Below are positions 53,273 through 64,000 of a stretch of 64,000 bases of DNA, in pieces (the stretch's first letter is position 1; every line of letters begins with the position of its first letter). The notes under the pieces are model-generated. The model was given only the letters and a program-made list of their open reading frames with translations. It did not search any database and was not told the DNA's origin. Made by a program: the position numbers and the translations under genes. This DNA is from Callorhinchus milii. Taxonomy: Eukaryota. The stretch covers positions 108,192,001 to 108,256,000 of the forward strand of contig NW_024704743.1 of assembly GCF_018977255.1 (NCBI RefSeq), in the 5' to 3' direction.

Positions 53273-53594
53273 ATAATAATAATAATAATAATCCTTGCAT
53301 TTGATATAGCGCTTTTCACGTCGGGAGGACGTCCCAAAGCGCTTCACAGAACACACTGTAAAGTGAATTGACTGTATAATTGTGGGCGAACGCGGCAGCG
53401 AATTGCGCACAGCAATGTCCCACAAACAGTCGTAGATTGAAAATGACCAATTTATTATTGTTTTTTGTTTTGGAGGGATTATTATTAGGCGTGTGGAGTA
53501 AGGAAACTTGCCCAAGGTTTCGCCCTGCCTGGAATTGAACTCAGGTCTCTCGCTTGCAAAGCGAGTGCTCTAACCACTGAGCTACAGGACTCCA
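53273..53594 (-). mobile_element. Young tRNA-Ala SINE, full length (most intact copy)
   Basis: Cloverleaf head: D arm GCTC/GAGC, anticodon arm CTCGC-TTTGCAA-GCGAG, B box GAGTTCAATTCC. Retains many CpGs; stem-loop tail and (ATT)n. Confidence 0.95.
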
Positions 53595-54649
53595 ATGGAG
53601 ACATTGATGGGGATCAGACGCTAAGCAGGGGAGAGGAAGGGGAAATAATCATAGGCGCAGTCGAAAAGGTAGATCTTAGACAAATAGAGAACGCAGATAG
53701 AGATAGAGAAAGGTAGAGGGAGAGCGTTCCAGAGGTTAGGATTGTAGAATATGAAAGCTTGGCCACCAACAGTGGCGTGGATAGGGTGGGAGATGCACAG
53801 CAAGCACGAGTTAGCCGAGTGGAGAGCACGAGCAGAGACAAAGCGAGAGATGGAGGTACTAGGTGAGTATGAGAACCTTAGTATTAATCTGCTGGGAGTC
53901 AGGGAGATGGGAAACTTTGGCGAGGACTAAGGTGATAGATATGGAGAGTTTTGAATAGGTTGGAGTCTATAGACTGTGGTGTTTGGGAGACCAGCGAGGA
54001 GTGCATTTGAAAAGTTGGGGACCTGGTAGAGGTAAAGAAAAGCAGCCCCAGTCAAAGCCTGGATGTAAGGGAGAGAGGAGACCTGGAGATCAAATCAGAT
54101 CCTAAGGTTGCACACTGGTTTGGGGAGTTTAATAGGAGAAGAAAGAAGAGAGAAAAGCAGAGGCAGCAATGAAAGATGTAAACTTCCAGTAGGGTGAAGG
54201 AAGTAAAGGGGGTGGGGGCTGGTGTGGGGATGGTGGGATGTGTTGGCAGATCAGCTAAGGGATATAAAATGCTAAAGTCTAAATTTAAACCCAATGAATG
54301 ATGAGTTCCTGAAGCATATTGGAGTGACGGGCACCCTGGGATTCAGAATCTCAGACTGCCATGTGGGGTATTAAGGCCTCACTTATCTGAATAGTAAGGC
54401 TATTTCTTTGCTCTAACTGTCTTCACAGCAGTAGCTTGACTGATTCAAGAACTTATATTTGGAACCCACTTGCCTATAAAGGCCACCTGAAGGCAGCTCT
54501 GTGGCTGCTTCTTGTTTCCCGTCATTCAGTGTGAACTGAAGTAAAGTGAACATTAAGCTCTTTGGCTTCACTGTTAAAGGAAAAAGAGCTATGTTTTAAT
54601 CCTAAATGGTTAGCAATAGGGGGATTGAGATCATTTATACTGCACGTTT

Positions 54650-55000
54650 GAACATTGAGCTCACAGTCTAGACTGACACTCCAGCCCAGTGCTGAGGGAA
54701 CGCTGCTTGTCAAAGTTGCTGGCCTACGGGTGAGCAATTAACAGAGCTTGACTGATTCAGGTGGACGTTAAAAATCCCATACCACTGTTTCAGAAAGAGA
54801 AGGGTGTTTCTCCCGGTGTCCTGGCCAACAATTACCAAATAAAAATCAATCATTCATGGCTGTTTGTGGGGTATTGCTGTGTGCAAATTGGCTGCCCCAT
54901 TCGCCTACAAAATACAGTCACAACAATAAATGTTGTGAAGTGCTTTAAGATGCCTTGCTGACATGATAAAGCACTATCTCAAATGTAAAGATTGTTATAA
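54650..55000 (+). mobile_element. DeuSINE-like SINE, body and tail
   Basis: ctgacactccagcccagtgctgagggaacgctgc...ttcaggtggacgttaaaaatcccat...ccggtgtcctggccaac...aaattggctgcc. Confidence 0.75.
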
Positions 55001-56199
55001 ATCATTGCTTAGGCTGCAAGGCCTATCTCTATGCTATATCATTTAATGTGTAATATATGACCAGGAGCAAATAGAATTGAAAAGAGACGTTTGAGTTGAG
55101 GAAGCAATCCGGTCTTTGAAAATAATAAATGTTCAAAGTGGAAGTTTCAACATCTAACCCTCAAGCCTGCAAAAGCAGTATTTGAAACCTGGTTCCACCA
55201 ATGTTCATCATAATAATAATAATAAAACATCTGATATGGTGCCTGTAATGTTGTAACATCTCACAGATGTATTGACTCTATTCTCTGCCAGAAGCAGCCA
55301 TGAAGTGAATGGCTAATGGGGGATTGTTAACTGGGACACCGGGAGAAACTCCCTTTTTTGTTTAAATAGTGTCTTGAGAACTTTGACGTCCATTGGAAGA
55401 ACGGGCTGGAGGAAACTTGGTTTAATTTCTTGTTCGAAGGACAGCACCTCTACAATGCATCACAAACTCGGTAGCAATCAAGACTTAAGTGTCATCTCAC
55501 TGCTGGCCCAAATGAGCTCAGCACAGACTAACGATTAAAAGGTGGAGAATCCCTGTCTGTAAGGCTTTCACTCTTAACAACCACGTTCATATTTTTAAAA
55601 AATAAAATTCACATTCCAGTTACATTTTCTAAAGCTTTGGTTCCAGAACACATGTAATAAATGGACAAAACTAATCTGAGCCATGAGGTCTTCGCCTTAT
55701 GAACACTGACCGGCTACGTCTCAGGTCCTGACCCATCAAAACCCGTTGTCAGCAGCCGGTTGCATAGTTTGAAATGTTCTTTGGGTAAAGTGATTACAGT
55801 TTTAATGCTGAGTATTTTATCACTGTGAGGGGTGAAATTCTCATCCAGTATACACAGGGTTACAAATGAATTACTGGAATTATTTAAAAGCTTGAGAGAC
55901 TGGGCTGTCAATTTCTGGAGAAATTGCCAGAAATAGAAGTATTTTCTCATGAAAGTGTCTGCTCACTGCTGGAACTACATGGATTTGATGTGTTTTGTCA
56001 GGCGTGTATTTAAATTCCTATATCTATAGTGTAATGTGTCTGGCTCAGAAATGGGGATAAATGAGTAAAACGTGCTGGTGTGATTGAACGAAGAACCAAA
56101 CCCCACAACCAAAGTTCCCGACAGCTACAAAGAGGGAATCGGATAAATATTTGAAAACAAAAAAAGTATAAAGGTACAGGGAGAAGGCTGGGGAGTGGG

Positions 56200-56586
56200 A
56201 GAAGGTTGTGGGTTGAAGCCCTATGTTGGAACTTTGGACTGACTTAGGTTGACACTCCAGTGCAGTTCTGCAGGGAGCGTTGTATTGTCAGAAGTGCCAT
56301 CCTTTGGATGAGATGTCAAATTGAGGTCTTGTCTGTCTGTTCAGGTGTACATTAAAGATCCCGTGGCACTATTCAAAAAAGAGAAGGTAATTTCTCCCAG
56401 AATTCTGCCCAACAATTCCTTGCATAAAATTGATTATTCACTTCATGGTTGTTTGTGGGACATTTCTGTGCACAAATTGACTGCTACATTCACCCACACA
56501 ATACTGTACTTCACAGTAATATCATGTGAAGTGTTTTGAGATGTCTTCCTGATGTGAAATTGAATTCAAGGTTTATTATTATTATT
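56200..56586 (+). mobile_element. DeuSINE-like SINE
   Basis: gaagtgccatcctttggatgagatgtcaaattgagg...aaagatcccgtggcactattcaaaaaagag body and tail. Confidence 0.78.
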
Positions 56587-58564
56587 TAAGTGCTCCAAAA
56601 CACTACCCTACATGAAGGATTCTATATAAATGCAAGTTCTTTCAGAGAGTCAGCAAAGGTCAAAAAGATCAAATGACCTCTTGTACTACAAAATTTGATG
56701 ATTCTGTAAGCTCTTCAAATATGGCAGTCTGATTCCTTTTTTATTGCTGTCTAATTTCTGGGTTATTAAAATAAATTCTCCACGGAGGACAGTGCTGTCC
56801 GTTCAGCAGAAATTTGACTTCATACTGAAGGTCTCTTCGCTCTGCTGCCTGTAAATGTTCTACCTGAAATGAGTTTCAACCCGGTTCCTATTGCGCGTAC
56901 ACACTACAATAGCAATCTGGTGCAGAAAGTTGAAGGTGGAGGGTAGAAATGTCACAGTGGTGCAGTCGGAACGCCATAGTGTTCAGAGGTTACAAGAACA
57001 TAAGAGAGGTTTGCATAAAGAAGGACTTTAGGACCATTTGATCTCATCCTTCAAAAGGACCAACCCTCCCATCAGTTCATTGCAACACAGAACTATATCT
57101 TGAGTGACTTCTGGCCTCTACCATTCTGGCTCCAATTGTTAATTATTCACTTTACAGTATATTCTGAGAAGCGCCTTGAGACGTCTCAAAGACGTGATAA
57201 GCTACTATATCAAATACAAGGATTATTATTATTCAGAAAAGAAGATGCTTCACACTGCAGTAGGCACTACTGTCCCTGACCTGCGAGCACATTGTGAGCT
57301 CACTGGGGCTTCCAGAGAAGGGAAAGTGTTCCGGGCTCCACGGCTACTTTGTTTTACTTTTCGAAACTTCAAAACAAAACCATGAAATGCCAAAGAAGTC
57401 AGAACAAAGACAAACTTATTGTTAAAATAAATTCTCCACAGAGGTTTGGATGGTGCAATGCATTACTGTCCATTCACCCATAACTTACCTTCACATTAAT
57501 GGGATGAAAGTCTTTTCATATAGAACCGAAAAATTTACACCATAGAAGAAGGTTGTTCGGACCTTTGTGTCGCACATTAGCGAAAGGCCCGGCCCAGCCA
57601 GTTACCACTCTTGCTGGGCATCAAGAGGTGAGGAGTGTAACTTTTGAACTTTAACCTAATTATTAACAAGCCATTGCAGACAGCTCCACTCAGCACCTCT
57701 GATTCCAAGTTTAACACAGCAACTGAGCTGATTAATATAATTAATCAATCAACTGCAAACTTGTCGATGTCCCTTGGATAGTAAAAACAAGATCTCACTG
57801 AAGAAAATAGCAGGTAATATTTTGACAGGCTCCAAAGAAACTGATAAATAAAAATCCAGTTCCTCGGCTACTTTCAGCCACTAACCTACATTCTAAAGAT
57901 GCACCTTCATTCTCCTGCGGCTATAATCTGTCAAGAACATTTGACAATACAATCTAGTTTTAGTCAGAAACTTCCCTTTAATCCCCTGATTATACTTGAC
58001 CTTGTGTAATTCGAGTGTGATGCAGATTGAATTGGAAGACTTTTATTTTCCAAAACAAAAATGCTCTATTAGGCTTCGCAAAACGAGTCCAGTCCAGATC
58101 AGAGTAGGTCTTTTATTTCTTAAAAAATTAATAAACATTAGGAGCACATTGAGCTTGTGGATTTGCAGTGCTTTAAATGTATGCCTGCAGTCTATAGATT
58201 TCCAATTGATGGATTAACTTTCTTGAAGGTGACCTCTAATCATAATGCCCTGATAAACTAGCCTGAGATCCAGGATTGCTGTAATATTCTGGGAAGACTT
58301 TCACTGTCACATCGCTAACTTGTGCTGGATTTATTAGACGAATGAAACCCCACAGGCTTCATAATTCTGTAGGCTGCCAGAATACTAATAGGGTCATTGC
58401 TAAGGTATAGCCTTTTAACTGCGGTGCCCGCTGTAAGAAATTTTTTCACAGTAGTGCATCAAGCTTTTTATTGCTTGGTGTAAACTTTTATTGTCATTAC
58501 ATTTATCTGTCAGGGTTCAGTGACTTGCCCACAACAAAGTCTATTTTATTCAAAGTACTACCAT

Positions 58565-59121
58565 TATAAGCGATTCGGATGGAGACGACCAATACGGTGG
58601 TGTAATAATCCAAGGTTTATTAAGTAGTACAAATAGCTTAACTTATTCTTAAAACTGAGACCATAGATACAGTAGAATCAATATCGATTCCACTGGGAAG
58701 TGTGCTGACCCTCTACACAACTCCAGCAATTCCAAAGTTACCCCAATTTAGCCCATGCAACCCTTACAATCAAAAATTGAATTCAAAGAATGTTTTGTCC
58801 AATCGAATCCAAAGTTTGATTGACACCCTGAATTCGTAAAATCTTCTCCCAACCAGAATGCAAGGCACCAAGAGTTCAATTCATCAGGACAATGTTCTAT
58901 CCAAGGGATATCACACATTACTGTTGGTCCCCAATCTTCCAAATAAGGAAAGGAACAACATCCATCCATGTCAAATGTGTCACAGAACCCAAACACACAG
59001 ACCTCAATTCTCATTTCTGGTCCAAGTTTTATAACACATTCCTTAAGATCAATCAAGACATTGCTCCCAGTCCTTACACGCACCTTGGGTATTGAACAAT
59101 GATTTTAACCGTAATCTTACA
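58565..59121 (-). mobile_element. Candidate solo LTR (557 bp) with a 4-bp TSD
   Basis: Flanked by CCAT / CCAT; termini TATAAG...CTTACA (one mismatch from a TGTAAG/CTTACA inverted pair); AATAAA on the minus strand ~50 bp from its 3' end. Confidence 0.55.
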
Positions 59122-59202
59122 CCATGTGTACAATGGTTCACAGGGCCATGAGTTCTATAGATATGAAAAATCCTTTATTGTAGATGTCAGTATATTATTA
59201 TC

Positions 59203-60605
59203 TACAACAACTTGCACTTATATAGTACCCTCCACATAAGGAGGTGTCTAAGAGCGCTTTACAGTGGCGGAGCCTGACTCTAAGCTGGGGGGGATGGGGG
59301 AAGAGGTGGCCATAAACACGGTCAAAAAGGAAGGTTTTCAGGAGGAACTTGAAAAGAGGAGAGAGGGGGCAAGGTGGATGGATTGAGGGAGAGTGTTCCA
59401 GAGTTTCGGGGCATAGTGGCTGAAAGCGCAACCTCTGATGGTGGGGCGGAGGGTACAAGGGACGAGCAGGAGGCCGGTCCCAGTCGAGCAGAGGTGCGGG
59501 TGGTGCATTGGGGAGTGAGGAGATCGGAGAAGTGGGGAGGTGCCAGAGAGTGAAGGGATTCGAACACAAGTGTGAGGATCTTGAAGGCGATCCGTTCGAT
59601 GATGGTGAGCCAGTGGAGCCTGGCCAGAACTGGTGAGATGTGGGTACGGAGTTTGGTCTGGGTAAGTATGCAGGCGGCAGAGTTCTGAATGAGCTGAATC
59701 TTTTGAATATTGGAGCTGGAGAGACTGGCGAGGCGTGCGTTTGAGTAATCCAAGCGGGAGGTGACAAACGCATGCACGAGGGTTTCGGGATTTGGGATAA
59801 GATATGGTTAATGTCGGGCAATGTGGCAGAGGTGGAAGAAGGCCGTCCTAGTCATGGACTGGATATGGGGGAGGAAGGAGAGATGCGGGTTGAACCGGAC
59901 GCTTAGATTGTACACTGGTTTGATGAGTCTGAGGGAGAGCCCAGGGAGAGTAAGGAGTTTAAATCCGTAGGAGTGAAGACGTTAAAGGGAGCCAAGGAGT
60001 ATGGCTTCTGTCTTGTCCACATTCAGCTGCAGGAAGTTTACACTTATCCAGGCCTTGATGTCTGCCAGACAAGCTGATAGAACGTCGGTGGCCCTGGAGT
60101 TGGTACTGGAGGAGCAAAGTAGATTTGTGTCATTTGCATTCAAGTGGAAGATTACCCCGTGTCTGCGGATGACATCACCCAGAGGGAGCATATAGATAAA
60201 GACAAAGTAGGGGGCCAAGGATGGAGCCCTGGGGTACCCCGCAGGTGACTGGGCGGGGGGCGGGAGGAGAAACCATTTGCTGAGATGAAATGGAGGCGGT
60301 TGGTTAAGTAGGACTTGAACCATATGAGTTGAGTGTGGTCCCACTAAGGTGGATGAGGGAGGAGAGGCTGTGGAGGAGGATGGCATGGTCGACTGTGTTG
60401 AATGCGGCAGAGAGATCCAGGAGGACGAGGAGACAGGGGAGACTGGTCAGAGATCGAGAGGATGTCGTTTGTGACTTTGACAAGCGCTATCTCTGTGCTG
60501 TGGGCAGGGCAAAAACCAGACTGCAGGGGCTCGAGGAGGGAGTGGAGAGAAAGGTGTGCCTGAAGTTGACCTGTAACAATGCGTTCCAGGACTTTGACAA
60601 GGAAG
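59203..60605 (-). mobile_element. Decayed L2 LINE with reverse transcriptase remnant
   Basis: KVLERIV...EPLQSGF.PAHSTEIALVKVTND, IYMLPLGDVIRRHG, NFLQLNVDKTEA and HAFVTSRLDYSN spread across several frames; L2 tail near 59205. Confidence 0.92.
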
Positions 60606-63039
60606 TCTGTTTCTGTAACACCGACTGCTTTATTACAGTACAATACAATTTACATTTATGTGATGCATTTTGTCGGGAGGGTGTCCCAGAGTGCATTCAT
60701 TGTGCTACATGAGAATCCGAGCTGGGGTTGCGAGCCAGCCAAGGGGGTGGGGGAGGGGGAGATGTAACCTAAAGCACAGTCAAAGAGGTATATTTTCAAT
60801 ATTCAGTGGTGAAACTCAAGCTCTGTAAAGAAATTGTGAGTTGTTATAGTAATTCTTGCATTTTTTGACATGGTGCCTTATCAGATTGGGAGGACTTCCA
60901 GCTTCACGTGGTTTTAGTGTAGAGTGCATTTATAGATGCGGTAGCTAATTTGCACACAGCAACGTCCCATAAACATGCCCGCAGGAAGTGAAGTGGCACC
61001 GAGTCTTCTGGAAGTCAAGACATTATTTTATGCTCCACTTATAATGTGTTACTGAACCCATTCTCACCCATCCTTCCTGGCACCTGTTCCAATCATTAAT
61101 TACCCTCTGGGTAAAAAACACTTCCTGGTGTCTATCCTTAAATTTCCCTGTGAAATCCTCAGCCTGTATATAGCCACTCCTGAGACTCTGGCATGGGTTC
61201 CTGTTCAGATTCCAGTCCCGACACCATCACCCTCTTCATCTCGAGTACAAACACCTCAGAAATCTAGGTACAGGTCCTCTTGTCCACAAACCTTAGTAAG
61301 AAAATAGTATCATGACAGGAAAAGTGAGCAAAGAGAATTGAGTTCAGAAAAACAAGGATCAAATTAAGAGAGGAAGGACATGGTATAACATAGGGTCAAT
61401 TCACCCTTTGGGGTTGGGCTTGCTCAGAAGTCCTGACATACTTCTGTCTATGACTCGTTCCCTCTCTTCCCCTTGTTCAAGACTTTTACCGTGCTTTCGG
61501 AATTTTTCCTCTTGCCCACCCCTCTTGGCTCCTACCCCCAGATCAGTCCTAAGCCAGTACTGTTAAACGTCCTGGGATATCCTACTAATTTGAAAGGAGC
61601 TCTATAAATGTGATTTTGTATTGTTGAATACTGAGCCTTATTCTGCTCTGTGCATCTCTGTATCAAATTCATTGATGCAGGCTAATCGTTCCTCCTCTCC
61701 ACTCTAAGTTAAGCAAAAATGTCCCTGTGAGTAACTGTAATGCAATTTTTTATGAATGATTTAACTTAGAATTGATAATATCATATTATTTATAATTCAA
61801 AATTCTTCTAGCCTATTTTGAGCTAGATAAGTAAGTCTTGCTTTTGGCGTAGCATCTCAAACACCAGAAACCTTTAATGTGATTCACACAGTAAACAGGA
61901 AGAGAGGAAGCCTAGAATGGTAAAGATTACCTCAGTCAACCTCGTCTCACTGTAATAATTGGAATTAAAAATACACACAGCTGAGAGATTTACTCTGTGA
62001 TCCAGAAGGAAAGGGCTGTAAAGTGGACATTAGAGATTACATGGACACTACTCGAAAAGTGAATGGAGTTTGATTCAGTGTCCTGGCCAACAAATTCTCA
62101 GATAAAATCGTCATTCACTTCATGGCTGTTTGTGAGACATTGCTGCACGCAAATTAGCTACTGCATTCGTCTACAAAATACTTAGTCATGATACGTTACA
62201 GTAAAATGCTGTGAAATGCTTTGAGATGTCTCAATGGTGTCATAAGGCTATGTGAAATGCAAGATTCTTATTATATAATGCTGGAGACTGTTGTAACATT
62301 GGAGGGTTGCCAGCTGGTTGCTATTGGATAACACAGTGCTCTGTATTACAGCACTTAATAGTGCACCAGAGACCCAAACTTCCATCTTGTCCACGTCTGG
62401 AAGACCATTTTGTTTTAAAATGTAAGATTATGTTGTATTCTACTGTAGTGTATCCATCACCATCAAAACTATGTACAGAATGGAAATATTTTGAACTGCA
62501 GAATCTCGTAATTTATGTCCTGTTTATGCCAGGGCTACCTTTTGTGATGTACTCTGAATTTCCTGTTATTAATGTAAGAACACTTCACTATAAGGCTCTG
62601 TGCTGGCTTCGGCCCTGAGTGCTTACAAAACCATTGTCCTTGGATTGGACCATTGAATAAAAAGACGGATTGTAATTATTTTCATTCAAATAATATTTGA
62701 AAATGTCCTGATCTGTGGCCGACCTTGGTATTTTTTGCCCAGTTACTCAGTCTGGGCAGGACACATTATTTAGTTTAGTGCCTCCCTGATCTTGGAGCTG
62801 TTCAGTGGAGTGTTGCTCAACCACTGAGACAGTCAGGCACAGCCTCGTCCCCATATCCCTTTAATACTCTTACATCCTAACTAGTTCTCTTTCTTCCTTT
62901 TAAACATCCTAATTGGTTCAGCATTTAAGGCTTTCAGCGACAGTGCATTCTATTATATTCTAGTCACCCTCCTCCTTGTTAGTAAATGTTGTCCTATTTC
63001 ACCTCTAACAATTTACAAGATCACAAGATTGGATGAAGA

Positions 63040-64000
63040 AACAACAACAACAACAACAAGATTCCATTTATAAAGCGCCTTTCACGTCAGGAGGACGTCC
63101 CAAGGCGCTGCACAGTTGGGTCATGACCCGAGCAGGGGGAAATGGTGAGGGGAGGGAAGGGAGGGAGAGAGGAGGGGGGAAATGGTCAGGGTGAGGGGAG
63201 GGAAGGGAGGGAGCGAGGAGGGGGAAGAGAGTCGAGAGGGGAGCTGAAGGCACGGTCAAAGAGAAAGGCTTTGAGACCGGCCTTGAAGGAGGAAAGGGAG
63301 GAGGCGGCGAAGGCACTGGGGGATGGAGTTCCAGAGCCTGGGGGCTGAGAGGCTGAAGGCCCGACCACCGATGGTAGGGCGGTTGGGGCGGGGGACGTGG
63401 AGCAGACCGGAGCCAGAGGAACGGAGGGTACGGGCAGGTAGGTAGGGGGATAGTAGGTTGGAGAGGTAGGAGGGAGCAAGGCCGTGAATGGCCTTGTAGG
63501 TGAGGATGAGGATCTTGAAATCAATCCTCTGGGGGATGGGGAGCCAGTGGAGGCGAGCGAGGGTGGGAGTGATGTGGTCCCGAAGCTTGGTGCGGGACAG
63601 TACACGAGCTGCAGAGTTCTGAATGACCTGCAGCTTGTGGAGGGAGGTGGCGGGAAGGCCGGCGAGGAGAGAGTTCCCATAGTCCAGCCTTGAGGTGACA
63701 AAGGCGTGAACCAGGGTTTCAGCAGCGTGAGGGGTGAGGTAGTGCCGTAGTCTGGCGATGTTCCGGAGGTGATGGAAGGCGGTGCCAGTTGTGGTGCGGA
63801 TGTGAGGGAGAAAGGACAGCTCAGGGTCGAACAAAACGCCGAGGTTCCTGACTGGCTTTGAGAGGTGGAGAGTGCAGCCTTGGATGCTGATGGTGTCAGC
63901 GCCTGAGGTGCGGAGGCGCTGACGTGAGCCAATCAGGAGGGCCTCGGTTTTTCGCACGTTGAGCTGAAGAAAGTTGTCTCTCGTCCAGGACTCGATGTCG
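63040..64000 (-). mobile_element. Young L2 LINE 3' end (continues beyond the window)
   Basis: Open ORF2 frame KTEALLIGS...[13 protein letters not shown]...[12 protein letters not shown]...WNSIP; intact 3' stem-loop at 63074-63109; (TTG)n tail. Confidence 0.95.

Noticed and set aside
53520..53594. Apparent tRNA-Ala(TGC) gene (also at ~108-182, 7718-7790, 8770-8842, 42176-42250, 45200-45275)
   Set aside because: Each cloverleaf runs directly into a SINE body and L2-like tail, so these are SINE heads rather than tRNA genes.
56786..56812. REST/NRSE site (minus strand TTCTGCTGAACGGACAGCACT) with a small GGACAG/CTGTCC inverted repeat
   Set aside because: Only the right half-site matches; the left half has several mismatches at core positions.

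Overview
This is eukaryotic (vertebrate) intronic DNA, not a prokaryotic locus. The repeat content (L2 and CR1 LINEs, DeuSINE-type and tRNA-Ala SINEs) suggests a cartilaginous fish, possibly a chimaera; that assignment is inference. The only host coding sequence I can support is two + strand internal exons of an NKAIN (Na+/K+-ATPase-interacting) gene, best matching NKAIN3: exon 2 at 25863-26000 and exon 3 at 33845-33925. Exons 1 and 4 were not found, so the whole window is probably inside this large gene. Nearly all other ORFs in the track are retroelement fragments or low-complexity sequence. I found no novel protein-coding system. The best leads are mobile-element and RNA-structure observations: (1) a young mosaic SINE (tRNA-Ala head, CORE-like box, 3' DeuSINE-like piece, L2 tail) whose 3' stem-loop covaries with that of a young L2; (2) inverted SINEs bracketing exons 2-3, which would give a stop-free 219-nt circle containing an AUG; (3) a hAT-like MITE inserted twice at the same SINE motif; (4) two young L2 copies sharing one ORF2 frameshift; (5) a candidate solo LTR, a three-layer LINE nest and a perfect 32-bp palindrome. 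Repeat boundaries were read by eye and are approximate; family names come from recalled consensus motifs, not database searches.
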